Positions 1-11,489 of a stretch of 64,000 nucleotides of DNA are shown one piece after another. The stretch is from positions 220,906,001-220,970,000 of the forward strand of contig OZ024741.1 in assembly GCA_964016885.1 (NCBI GenBank), written 5' to 3'. The notes under the pieces are model-generated. The model was not told where the DNA came from, did not search any database, and saw only the letters and a list, made by a program, of their open reading frames with translations. The position numbers were made by a program, and so were the translations under genes. Source of the stretch: Eledone cirrhosa. Its lineage: Eukaryota. The first letter of the stretch is position 1; the number at the start of each line of letters is the position of its first letter.

Positions 1-852
1 ACCACCACCAATACAACTACCTTCATAATTACTACCACTACTACTATTAATACCACCACCAATACCACTACCATCCTAATTACTACCACTACTACTATTA
101 ATACCACCACCAATACCACTGCCATCATAATTACTACCACTACTACTATTAATACCACCACCAATACCACTACCTTCATAATTACTACCACTACTACTAT
201 TAATACCACCACCAATACCACTGCCATCATAATTACTACCACTACTACTATTAATACCACCACCAATACCACTACCTTCATAATTACTACCACTACTACT
301 ATTAATACCACCACCAATACAACTACCTTCATAATTACTACCACTACTACTATTAATACCACCACCAATACCACTACCTTCATAATTACTACCACTACTA
401 TTATTAATACCACCACCAATACCACTACCATCATAATTACTACCACTACTACTATTAATACCACCACCAATACCACTACCATCATAATTACTACCACTAC
501 TACTATTAATACCACCACCAATACCACTACCTTCATAATTACTACCACTACTATTATTAATACCACCACCAATACCACTACCATCATAATTACTACCACT
601 ACTACTATTAATACCACCACCAATACCACTACCATCATAATTACTACCACTACTACTATTAATACCACCACCAATACCACTACCATTATAATTACTACCA
701 CTACTACTATTAATACCACCACCAATACCACTACCTTCATAATTACTACCACTACTACTATTAATACCACCACCAATACCACAACCTTCATAATTACTTC
801 CACTACTACTATTAATACCACCACCAATACCACCACCATCATAATTACTACC
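1..852. repeat. 51-bp tandem minisatellite (~16.5 copies, runs off window start)
   Basis: Unit ACCACCACCAATACCACTACCTTCATAATTACTACCACTACTACTATTAAT repeated head-to-tail; explains the 17-aa periodic Gly/Ser ORF 76..975. Confidence 0.95.
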
Positions 853-1640
853 ATAAACTGTAAAACTAGAAACGTAGTCTATAGCATAAGATGTACAGGG
901 GGTACTTGCAGAAACCTGACAACAACATACATAGGCGAGACAGCTCGTAGCATAGGTGAAAGGATAGACCAACACTGGGGGGAACTAAAAGGACGAAAAA
1001 ACGGTTCAGTACTATACGAACACGCCAGACAACAACATGACGGTAACATAGACAACATAGAAAGTAGAATAATATCTAAACATAGAAATGACCCAGCAGA
1101 TAGGCAAATCAGAGAGGCCAGTGAATAGAACTTAGAAGGCCAAGGCTAAACAGAAAGAATGAATGGAATAACAACAATACCCAAACAAACAACACTGACC
1201 TAAGAGAAGTATAAATAAATAAATAAATAAATAAATACACAAGCACAATAACAACAAACACATATAAACACACACTAGTAAACTAAGATAGAATGCAATC
1301 ACCAATACACAGTCAGCCAAACACGAACACACATCAAACACTATACACACACGCAAACGCATGCGCAGAGAAGACAAAAAAATAAATATATAAATAAATA
1401 AACAGACTAAATAAAGATGGCGTAGGCATACAATATAACAGGAGGAAACATAATAGCACCACTAACGATGTTGCAGATGTGCAACGAAAGAACTTTGTTA
1501 GACTATATATATGTGTTTGTGTCTGTATTGTATCTGTATTTTTGACCGTTGCTCAGTCAATGGTAACATTGAGGACCGAATAAATTAAATTAACCGATAT
1601 AAAAGACACAGAAGCGAAAACCAACCAAACAGTGAGTATT
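853..1640 (+). mobile_element. Penelope-like element 3' fragment: GIY-YIG endonuclease domain plus pseudo-LTR-like 3' region
   Basis: Manual translation from 853: INCKTRNVVYSIRCTGGTCRNLTTTYIGETARSIGERIDQHWGELKGRKNGSVLYEHARQQH...RQIREA, then frameshifted IELRRPRLNRKNEW. This is the VVY-CxxxxC-YIGET-R-H signature of PLE GIY-YIG domains. A degenerate hammerhead core lies downstream. Right boundary approximate. Confidence 0.85.
1462..1495 (+). ncRNA. degenerate hammerhead ribozyme core in PLE 3' region
   Basis: CTAACGA (for CTGANGA)-T-GTTGCA/GATG/TGCAAC-GAAA; core G5 mutated, stem III unclear. Confidence 0.5.
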
Positions 1641-1735
1641 AATTCTGGCAATATTATTACACAAATATGACCCTCCCCAGGTATAACTATATTTGTTTCG
1701 ACACACGATTTCATATCAAAAACCTCGCAAAACTA

Positions 1736-1780
<45 letters not shown>

Positions 1781-1788
<8 letters not shown>

Positions 1789-2563
1789 GTAAGAAACACA
1801 GTAAACCGTGTGTCTAAAATTACAAGGGTTGAAAAACCACATTTGTTTGAAATATTTAACCAAGAAGCAGACAGAATGATAAAATATACAAACCGCCTCA
1901 ATAACCATTATATCTCTCGGACAGATTATCCCTAATCTGTTTCGCCCTGAGTGTGTTTGTAACAGATAATCCTGGACTTCATCAGCGAGAGAATCTGATT
2001 AAATGCCACAAACACTATTTGCCAACGTTCTCACAGAAAGATGAATTTGTCACCTCGTGCGCCGCTAGTCAAACGTGGTAAGCGTGTATTGAATAGAAAT
2101 AACAGTCCAACACACACAACTTAATAAGCTCAACTTGTGAGGGAGCAGAAATATATATGAAAATTAGAGTTAAAACTCAATTAGAACCCTGTAACTATTA
2201 GGCTCAAAGTATAAATACTGAGCCGATTAATAATATATAGTAAGAAACACAGTAAACCGTGTGTCTAAAATTACAAGGGTTGAAAAACCACATTTGTTTG
2301 AAATATTTAACCAAGAAGCAGACAGAATGATAAAATATACAAACCGCCTCAATAACCATTATATCTCTCGGACAGATTATCCCTAATCTGTTTCGCCATT
2401 CTGTCTGCTTCTTGGTTAAATATTTCAAACAAATGTGGTTTTTCAACCCTTGTAATTTTAGACACACGGTTTACTGTGTTTCTTACTATATATTATTAAT
2501 CGGCTCAGTATTTATACTTTGAGCCTAATAGTTACAGGGTTCTAATTGAGTTTTAACTCTAAT

Positions 2564-2570
<7 letters not shown>
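1781..2570 (-). mobile_element. non-coding Penelope/retrozyme-like cassette: partial tandem (451-bp period) plus inverted terminal copy, in (TA)n
   Basis: 1781-1945 is directly repeated at 2232-2396; 2397-2570 is a near-perfect inverted copy of ~2155-2328; contains a hammerhead; (TA)n on both sides. Confidence 0.75.
1913..1992 (-). ncRNA. type I hammerhead ribozyme (apparently intact)
   Basis: Minus strand: stem I TCTCTCG / CTGATGA / A / stem II GTCC...GGGC / GAAA / stem III CAGATTA-GGGA-TAATCTG / TC (GUC site) / stem I' CGAGAGA. Confidence 0.88.
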
Positions 2571-2591
<21 letters not shown>

Positions 2592-2599
<8 letters not shown>

Positions 2600-2811
2600 T
2601 AAAATAACAGATTAAAGTTAAAGCAAAGAATCGCTGCTTTCACCTTTAACGGGATCTTCTGAAGATCCCGTTAAGGGTGAAAGCAGCGATTCTTTGCTTA
2701 AACTTTAATCTGTTATTTTAATAAATATTTGCTCTACGGTTCTTATATATTTGATATATATTTATCCTTATCGAGCCCTCTTTGGATTTTAGTCTTCAAA
2801 TTTATTATTAT

Positions 2812-2815
<4 letters not shown>
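2592..2815 (+). mobile_element. fold-back cassette with truncated hammerhead in (TA)n
   Basis: Palindrome 2592-2728 centred on GATCTTC-T-GAAGATC; right arm reads CTGAAGA-TCCC-GTTAA-GGGT-GAAA-GCA...TGC-TT; unique tail follows to the next (TA)n. Confidence 0.65.
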
Positions 2816-2864
<49 letters not shown>

Positions 2865-3014
2865 ATGTATATATATATATCTATATATATAAATGAATTA
2901 AAAAGTTCCCATGTTAAGTTGTCTTATAATCGTTTAAAAGCTTCAATAATCCTCTTAAGAGAATGTATGAAATGGACAGAATTTCGCACCCTATGTGTTA
3001 TAAATGTGGAGAGT

Positions 3015-3370
3015 CTGTGTGTGACTGTATATATGCGTGTGTGTATGTATGCATGTGTCAGTGTGTGTGTGTGTGTGTGTACGCGTCTGTGTGCGTGTGT
3101 CTCTGTGTGTCTGTGTGTGTAAGTGTGTGTGTGTATGTCTCCGTGTATGTGTGTATGTGTCTGTGTCTATTTGTGTGTGTGTGTCTGTATATGTGTCTGT
3201 GTGTGTGTGTCTGTGTTTGTCTCCATGTGTGTGTGTGTGAGAGCGTGTGTCTCTGTGTGTGTCTCCATGTGTGTGCGTTTGAGCGTGTGTCTCTGTGTGT
3301 GTCTCCATGTGCGTGTGTGTGTGTGTGTCTGTGTGTGTCTCCATGTGTGTGTGTGTGTGTGTGTGTGTGA
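3015..3370. repeat. degenerate (GT)n compound microsatellite
   Basis: Visible TG repeats with CTC/CCA interruptions. Confidence 0.9.
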
Positions 3371-3407
3371 AAGTGGAAGAGATTGAGAATTAATCTTCTC
3401 CTCTCAC

Positions 3408-3531
3408 CAAACATTGTATTTCATTTGTTGTTCGTAAAGTGAAAGTTTCCAAAATCTTTCCTGCTTCAACTGAAGAAGGTCGACTGTGTAATGACACAGA
3501 TGAGGTAGTAGAACTAGAGCTTCGGTTGAGA
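3408..3531 (-). CDS. candidate host exon, unknown product (LNRSSSSTTSSVSLHSRPSSVEAGKILETFTLRTTNEIQCL)
   Basis: Island of complex sequence between microsatellites; pyrimidine-rich acceptor CCCTCATCTCAG and donor GTGAGA on minus strand; 124 nt with one open frame. No recognisable homology. Confidence 0.35.
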
Positions 3532-3537
3532 CTGAGA

Positions 3538-4100
3538 TGAGGGAGAGAGGGGGGGGGGATGAGGAGAGGGGAGAAACAGAGAGAGAGAGAGAGAGGGGGT
3601 GAGAGAGATGGAGAGGGAAAGAGAGAGCGGGAGGAGAGAGAGAGAGAGGGGGAAGAGAGTGAGAGTGAGAAACAGGGAAAGAGAGAGCCAGTCAAACAAA
3701 AAGGCAGGAGAGAGAGAAGGGGAAAGAGAGAGGGGGAGAGAGAGAGTCGGAGAGAGAGGGGAGAGAGAATGAGAGAGAGAAACATGAAGAGAGAGCCATA
3801 CAGACAGACAGACAAAAATATAGCAGAGAGAGGGGGAGTGGGGAGAGAGAGGGGGAGAGAGATGAGGAGAGAGAAACAGTGAGAGAGAGCCAGACAGACA
3901 GACAAACAAAAAGACAGTGGAGAGAGGGGGAGGGAGAGAGAGAGAGAGGGGGTGGAGAGAGGGAGGGGGAAAGAGATAGAGTGAGAGTGAGAAACAGGGA
4001 GAGAGAGCCAGACAAACAAAAAGACAGGAGAGAGAGAGAGAGACAGTGAGACAGACAGACAGACAGACATAAAAGATAAAGAGAAGGAAAGAGAGTGGGT

Positions 4101-4132
<32 letters not shown>

Positions 4133-4135
4133 TGA
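3538..4135. repeat. GA-rich low-complexity/(GA)n tract
   Basis: Purine-only stretches with GACA interruptions. Confidence 0.9.
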
Positions 4136-4226
4136 CAAAAAGGCTTGAAACAGGTCGGCAGACAGAATGGCGGAGAGGGGAAGGACATCAAGAGTTTATT
4201 TCTGATTTCTGCTTGAATGTACTTAC

Positions 4227-4320
4227 ACAACCTTTGCCGTTGGGTGAAGGATAAACGCCACAACTTCACATTTTTATTTCTCTCCAGAAAATATATTTTG
4301 CACCAATTCTTTTATTTTCT
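4227..4320 (-). pseudogene. candidate exon with in-frame stop (KIKELVQNIFSGEK*KCEVVAFILHPTAKV)
   Basis: Acceptor TTCATACAG and donor GTAAGT; its phase-2 end is compatible with exon 3408-3531, but that frame contains TAA. Confidence 0.2.
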
Positions 4321-4374
4321 CTGTATGAATATGTGTGTGTCTAGTCAATACATAATTTCAAAGAATGATTTAAC

Positions 4375-4650
4375 GACATCATCAGTTGACTGGTTAAATG
4401 ACAAGTCAGTCAATCATATTGGTGGCCTCCCCACAGCCCCGGCGGACAGAATAGAGAAGGCGTTTCCCCGGAGGATGGCAAGGAGACGCGCTGCAAAAGC
4501 CATTCCAATTCGCGAGGCTCACACCTGCGGCTGGCCAGCTCAGCGCCTATGGTGGTGAGTAGGGAGGTAGCCCTAGGGCCGAGGACACCAGAAGTCTCCA
4601 CTGCCGGAAGTTCGACCGCATACCTGTCGGAGAGCGACCGGTGTTATTAC
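4375..4650 (-). mobile_element. CRE-like non-LTR retrotransposon 3' fragment (restriction-like endonuclease C-terminus)
   Basis: AVETSGVLGPRATSLLTTIGAELASRRCEPRELEWLLQRVS/LAILRGNAFSILSA matches the xET-G-xG...QRxS-A-xRGNA C-terminal motif of CRE-type elements. Confidence 0.75.
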
Positions 4651-4869
4651 TGGAATCAATTATTGGTCTTCAGCCATCTCTGGTCACTTACTGCTATTAA
4701 TTATGGCCACCTACATTTGGCCACTTTCGTCTTCGTGTCACACTTTCTTAACTTTTGTTTATGAAAACATATTAATTTTTCCCATCATTGAGTGCTTTGT
4801 GACTGCCTCGAACAATTCGATTGATATCTGCTATACTGCGGCTACAACTTCGATATATATATATATATA

Positions 4870-5918
4870 TCTTCTATTTCTAGGGCGGGTAAAATTCCCG
4901 AGATCCACGGACGAGTTCTCTCCAGTGGTCTCTGTCCCTCATTATCGCTGCCATGTCCTGCGTCTCCAACAGATCTGTGTCTGTCCTTAGGGCATCAACA
5001 TACGTTAACCTCGGTGTTCCTCTTCCATTGTGTCCATGTAAGGGCTCCCACTGGAGCACTGAGTGCAGTGTGAACTCTGGATGTCGGTGAGCATGTCCAG
5101 CTAACCTCAGTCTCCTCTGTCACTTTTGAGCTGACTTTTGGGAGGCTCCCATACAGCTCTGAGTTTTTCATCCTCAGTGTATACTGATTAATGTTCAGAG
5201 CCATCCTCAGCATTCTCGTGTAGCACCCATCCACAATCTGAGTGAGTTTCTTGGTCAGTGTCCAAGTCTCAGACCCGTACAGCAGCATAGACTCCACTAC
5301 ATAAATGAAGAGGCAGATTTTCAGGTCTTTACGAAGGTCCGACTTCCACACCGATCTCAAGCTGTGGCACGTTGCCCAGGCTTTGCTCTTCCTCTCAACC
5401 ACATCATCTACCGTATTCCCAATCTTTGCTCCCAAATACAGGAAGTTCTCAACCAATTCTAGCGGCTTCCCGCCTACATTAGTGATCCCCTCTGGCTTCT
5501 CAACATTCTCTACCAGATATTTTGTTTTAGTCTCATTAATTCTCATCTCCACACTCATCGACACAGTCTCAACCTCCTACATCAAATCCTCCGCTTCTTT
5601 CACTGTATTTGTCACCAAAACTATGTCGTCGGCAAATTCAGCATCCGATATCTTTTTCGCCCCAACTCTCCTGCTCTGAGCCGGTGCTACAGTAAAGCCA
5701 GAGTCCTGGTGTTTCACCAGTACAAGGCTCATACAATAGTTCACTACGATGATAAAAAGGTAGGGAGCCAATGTATCTCCCCGGAGCACTCCAGCCAGTA
5801 TCTCAAAGAACTCTGTCATCCCATCAGGTGTAATGACTTGGGCTTTGGTGTTGGTGTAAAGCAGTGATATCAGGTCCACTATCTTCTTGGGGATTCCATA
5901 AGCCTGTAAGATCTTCAT
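4870..5918 (-). mobile_element. RTE-clade LINE, 5'-truncated RT fragment (pseudogene)
   Basis: ILQAYGIP...GVLRGDTLAPYLF...EFADDIVL...FLYLG...LLYGSETWTLTK; internal stop and frameshift; ends in (TA)n. Confidence 0.9.
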
Positions 5919-5925
5919 TATATAT

Positions 5926-6117
5926 AGGGCGGTGGATTGGCAGTATCGGTAGAGGCTCGGACGCCATGCTTTGACGCATTGAGTTACGGCCCTTGCCATT
6001 CTGAGTTCAAATCCCGCCGAGGTTAACTTTGCCTTTCATCCTTACGGGGTCGATAAAATAAAGTACCAGTAATACACTGGGTAATTACTGGCCTTGTGCC
6101 AAAAGTAGAAACAATTA
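5926..6117 (+). mobile_element. tRNA-derived SINE family 1 with Nin/Deu-like central domain
   Basis: A box TGGCAGTATCGG, B box GAGTTCAAATCC, central GCCTTTCATCCTTACGGGGTCGATAAAATAAAGTACCAG; >10 copies in window. Confidence 0.85.
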
Positions 6118-6246
6118 TATATATATATAATGCTTCGTCCCATGTTTAGAGAACTACCCTAATTTGTAATCTCCTCTGTCTCAGTACCGCAGACTTTATA
6201 TATGTATATAGATGCATCGCTCCTATTCGACAACTTTGTTTCAGTA

Positions 6247-6292
<46 letters not shown>

Positions 6293-6475
6293 TTAAATAT
6301 ATGTATATAGACATATAGACATACAAAAATATTTATGTATGTATGTATATATACATATATACATATATATATATACATATATATATATATAGACATATAG
6401 ACATACAAAAATATTTATGTATGTATATATATATACATATATATATATACATATATATATATATATCTATCTATA

Positions 6476-6519
<44 letters not shown>

Positions 6520-6586
6520 CTTTTTGCTACAATGTTTTCTATACCTTTCATTTATATATATATATATATAGGAACCAGTAAGACCC

Positions 6587-6658
<72 letters not shown>

Positions 6659-6722
6659 GTACGACTTAATATAAATTATAGCTCACATATATTATGCATG
6701 TATGTTTGTAAGTATGTGTATG

Positions 6723-6796
<74 letters not shown>

Positions 6797-7034
6797 ATAT
6801 GTGAGTCCATGTGTATGTTTTTCTCTCTGCAAAAATTACAATTGAGTTTTCTTTTCTAAAGTCAGCAAGAAGTATTCTACTTGAATGAAAGCAGTAATGT
6901 CTCGATAGTTGCTTCCCATTGCCACCATTAATCAATTCTTTAGACATATTCCTCTATCCCAGACTAGAATTACCGACATTTCTACTCCGATGTCATTACG
7001 GTATTTTATCATAGATATTATAAACAGAACATGG

Positions 7035-7210
7035 AAGTGTGTAGCCTAGTGGTTAGAACGTTAGGTTGTTTGGCTGTTAGACAGTTCAGACCAGGATCGT
7101 AAGGTGATGAGGTCGATTGTTGGCGGCGGATTGTGTCCATGGGCAAGACACTTTAATTCACATTGTTCTAGTTCATTCAGTTGGCAAAAATCAGCTGTAT
7201 CTGTAATTCT
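7035..7210 (+). mobile_element. tRNA-derived SINE family 2 (CORE/Meta-like body)
   Basis: TAGCCTAGTGGTTAG head, TTGTGTCCATGGGCAAGACACTTTA body; related copies at 22068 and 36855. Confidence 0.65.
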
Positions 7211-7235
7211 TTAAAATGTAAGTTTCTGTATCATT

Positions 7236-7402
7236 AGGGTCGGACGCCATGCTTTGCAGCAAAGAGTTAAGGCCCTTTATGATCTGAGTTCAAATCCCGT
7301 CAAGGTTAACTTTGCCTTTCATCCTTACGGGGTCGATGAAATAAAGTACCAGTAATGTACTGTGATAATTGCTAGCCTTGTGCCTATAGTAGAAACAATT
7401 AT
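7236..7402 (+). mobile_element. SINE family 1 copy, 5'-truncated
   Basis: Aligns by eye to 5947-6117. Confidence 0.8.
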
Positions 7403-7744
7403 TTCTTTTTTTTAATTTACACATTGTAGTTGTTCAGAAAAGCAAGAAGCTGGAAATAAATCTCATTGGCGAGATATAGTTTTTAAACGAGTCAGCCGTG
7501 GTACATCCTATGTCACGCTGAATTTCCCTGAGAACTACCTTAAGGATACACGTGCTTATGCAATACTTAGGATTCTATCCGACGTTCTACTAATTCTGCC
7601 AATCCGTCACCCTGGGAGATATACGTATGACATAGTAGCAGAAAAAGGTGCTAAGATTTAAGAACACTGAGGCGGTGGAAGATTTGTTAACAGGCAGGGG
7701 TTAGGTCAGAGAGAAATTAAGGAAACATTGAAGATAAGTGAAAC

Positions 7745-8450
7745 TAGAAGGAAAGGTAAGAGTTGGCTACCGACAAGTGCAGGCGCGTGAGGTGGAGTGA
7801 CTCTTCCAACACATCTCTCTCGCCTTCCTCTGGGGCAAAGGTCTTCTCCACCCTTTCCATCAGGACCATGAGGTGTAATGGCTGTCCCAGCACGTCTCCC
7901 TCGCCATTCTCTGAGGCAAAGGTCTTCTCCACCCTTTCCATCAGGACCATGAGGTGCAATGGCTGTCCCAGCACATCTCCCTCACCATTCTCTGAGGCAA
8001 TGTCTTCTCCACCCTTTCCATCAGGACCATGAGGTGTAATGGCTGTCCCAGCACGTCTCCCTCGCCATTCTCTGAGGCAAAGGTCTTCTCCACCCTTTCC
8101 ATCAGGACCATGAGGTGCAATGGCTGTCCCAACACGTCTCCCTCGCCATTCTCTGAGGCAAAGGTCTTCTCCACCCTTTCTATCAGGACCATGAGGTGCA
8201 ATGGCTGTCCCAGCACATCTCCCTCACCATTCTCTGAGGCAAAGGTCTTCTCCACCCTTTCTATCAGGACCATGAGGTGCAATGGCTGTCCCAGCACATC
8301 TCCCTCACCATTCTCTGAGGCAAAGGTCTTCTCCACCCTTTCTATCAGGACCATGAGGTGCAATGGCTGTCCCAGCACATCTCCCTCACCATTCTCTGGA
8401 GGCAATGTCTTATCCATCCTGTCCACCAGGATCTCAAGGAAGACTGACCC
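7745..8450 (+). repeat. 81-bp minisatellite (~8 copies) derived from a CRE-like retrotransposon 3' coding end
   Basis: Unit translates QDHEVQWLSQHVSLAIL*GNVFSTLS, homologous to WLLQRVSLAILRGNAFSILS at 4440-4510 (opposite strand). Confidence 0.8.
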
Positions 8451-8874
8451 TTAACCTTCATTGATAGATTTCATGACAGTTACACCAATAGTGTGTTTAA
8501 CATTGATAAAACATAGTGAGGGACATGGATGTTTCTTTAAAGTCTGTTTTAAGCCACAAATCTCATCAGGGTGGAGCTTAACCTGATGTCATTAGCGTTA
8601 AGCGACTGAGAACATAATACTTCTCCCTGGAGTGGTCGCTAGTCCATTGTAGGAATCCTCATCCCTCTCAGCTACTGTTGGTACTCATTGTCATCTGAGT
8701 TGATTGGAGCAACGGAAAATGAATTTTTTTACTCAAGAAAACAAAGAACCACTCGATCAAGTAATGGAACTCACACCATTACCACCGTAAACTTAACACT
8801 GCAATCAATAGGGCCCGGGCCTTCGTTGCTTCTTTATACATAATATATATTTATTTAATATTGTCATGGGTAAA

Positions 8875-9110
8875 GGGTGGTGGCTGGCAGAATTGGTAGA
8901 GCGTCCTATAAAATGCCATTGTGGTATTTGTGTTGGTTCTTAACATTCTGGGATTAAATCCCGTCGATGTTAACTTTGTCTTTCATCTTCCAAGGTCGAT
9001 AAAATAGTACCAGTCAAGTTCTGGGGCCTGATATAATCAAAATCCCCCCCCCCCACACACACACACACACACCCGAAGTTACTGGCTTGTGCCTAAGTTA
9101 GAAATCAATA
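8875..9110 (+). mobile_element. diverged SINE family 1 copy
   Basis: GGGTGGTGGCTGGCAGAATTGGTAGAG head; TTTCATCTTCCAAGGTCGATAAAATAGTACCAG core. Confidence 0.7.
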
Positions 9111-9756
9111 TTGCCGCGGGAAGTATTGATAGCTGTAGAAATACACACTAATATTTATAGAGACATACGTATCGATAAAATGAGATATACACAACGATGA
9201 AATAAGTTATGTGATCGATACAATCGACTAAATCTGTTAAATTCGGTGCCCCAGCATGGCCGTGGGCAATTTTCTGAAAGCGGCATGATAAAATAACATT
9301 ATATACATAAGAGAACGTGTGTTTTTACATAAATGTTTCTATATGTGTGTTTACATGTAGGTGTGTGTATGTGTCGCCTGAAATATGTATGTAGATATAC
9401 GTATGCATTGTTTGTGCGTGTACATGTGTGTGTGTCTGTGTTTGTGCACGTATGCCTGTGTGTGTGGGAGAGATACATGTGTGTGAGTGTGTGAGTGTGT
9501 GAGTGTGTGAGTGTGTGTGTGTGTGCGTGCACATGTGTGTGTGTGTGTGCTTGCATGTATGTCTGTGTGTGGGGGAGAAACATGCGTGTGAACGTGTGTG
9601 TGTGTGAGTTCCGTACGTGAGTGTATGTGTGTTTGTGTGCGTGGACACGTGTGTATGTGTGTGTGAGATGCGTGCATATAATATATATAAATATATATAT
9701 AAATGTATGTGTGTGTGTATGAGATGCATGTGTATGTTCGTGTGTGAGATGCGTGC

Positions 9757-9835
<79 letters not shown>

Positions 9836-10187
9836 TTGCGTACGTGTGTGTGTGTGGTAGAGCGTGAGAAAATTAAGATAAAGGTGATAAGATGATTGAA
9901 TATGCTGTGAAAGAGAATGTTGTGAAGTTAAAGGAAAACAATGATTGAAGAGAAAAATACACTTTAAAAAAGAGGAACAAAAATCAGTGAAAAAAATGAA
10001 GAAATTTCAGAAAAAAGCTGGACTAATATGACTGCCATGTGTGACTGTGATTATTCTAACGTTAATGAAAACAAGATGGTGGAAGAGATACCAGGCTCCT
10101 CAATAATGGACGCTGGGTGAATAGCTTAAACACAAGCTCTGTATTGTTTGTATATATTTGTCGTTATATATATATATATAAATGTAT

Positions 10188-10223
<36 letters not shown>

Positions 10224-10236
10224 TATATATATACAA

Positions 10237-10269
<33 letters not shown>

Positions 10270-10364
10270 TATATACACAAATCTATAATCAATACACACT
10301 CGTCTAGATGTTTGTTAATTGAATAGTTCTCTATATATATGTATGTGAATATATATGTACGTGA

Positions 10365-10463
<99 letters not shown>

Positions 10464-11119
10464 GTATAGTTCTGTATGTCTATGAACGTACGTGTATATG
10501 CGTATATATGTGTTTATGTTAGCCTGTTTGTGTGTTGGTGAGGGGCTTTTGGAAAAGCAGAGTGACATGGTAGAGAACCATAACCATACAGGAAATACAC
10601 ATCTGAGAAAATGTCTGTAATTTAGGTGGAAAGATCGAAATTGAATAATCCTTTTATAACTTGTGGGCCTGGACGTAGTCACAGTCTTGGGATCAAAGAC
10701 GTCACTTTGCAATCTTGAGATACTTAGTTCCATCCCACTTCACAACACTTTGGGCAAGTGAATTCTTCCATTGCCTTGGATTAACATAAGTCTTTCTCAT
10801 GGAATTTAGTAGAATGAAATTATTAAAAGCCGGTCGAAGGAATCATTCTTCTTCTCAAACCGTTATCGTTTATAACACCTCCTGGTTGTTGAGTACCTTT
10901 GACAGGGTGCACTCGCTTGTAGACATTTTGGCCAGGTCTGTAGTCTGCACTAATGTGGAGACCAATGCTGGCAAGAAAAGAGGCGAAGATGATGTCGCAA
11001 GATGAACTGATGATAGAGACCTGAAATCCATCAACAAAAGTTGATAGATGTAACTGGCCATGGTCATTGGAGCACTTCGGCTGCCTCCTGAGTCTCAAGA
11101 GGCTGAAGCATAATTTTAG

Positions 11120-11470
11120 CATTGTAATCGTTTGGGTATATCCTCGACTGATTTCATGAGGAATTCAGGTGTAATGTTGGTCAGAACATGTCGAATACGT
11201 TCTTCCAACTGAGTCAGAGTATTTAGTTTTAAGCTATAAACTTCTTCCTTCGTCCACTCCCACAGGAAAAAAATCGCATGGCGTTAAGTCAGGGCTACTT
11301 GCTAGCCATTCATGCGAATCTAGACGACCCACTCTATGTCCTGGAAATTGGACATCAGGCCATTCATAGACAGTGCGTGCAACATGAGGAAGGGCCTCAT
11401 CTGGTATGAACATGAATCCATTGATGTTGTCCCAAGAGGTCAGAGTAGGCGAAAGTTATAAGTAATTTTC
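11120..11470 (-). mobile_element. Tc1/mariner DD41D (rosa/VS-type) transposase C-terminal relic
   Basis: Manual translation FMFIPDEALPHVARTVYEWPDVQFPGHRVGRLDSHEWLASSPDLTPCDFF-(frameshift)-WEWTKEEVY; 41 residues between 2nd and 3rd catalytic Asp. Confidence 0.75.
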
Positions 11471-11489
11471 AATAAGCAGAGTTTTTTTC

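Noticed and set aside
76-975. 299-aa Gly/Ser-rich ORF
   Set aside because: Antisense reading of a 51-bp minisatellite; its N-terminus is antisense to the PLE GIY-YIG fragment.
1215-1640. SECIS element (Naiad-type selenoprotein PLE)
   Set aside because: No convincing AUGA/AA/GA hairpin and no in-frame TGA in the visible fragment.
5577-5999. N-terminus of the 140-aa RT ORF
   Set aside because: The first ~27 aa come from the adjacent antisense SINE.
5926-6020. tRNA genes at A/B-box motifs
   Set aside because: No complete cloverleaf; they are SINE heads joined to conserved bodies.
10860-11120. Possible CRE-like RT thumb fragment (minus strand)
   Set aside because: Only a faint FLAS-type resemblance across frames; too weak to call.
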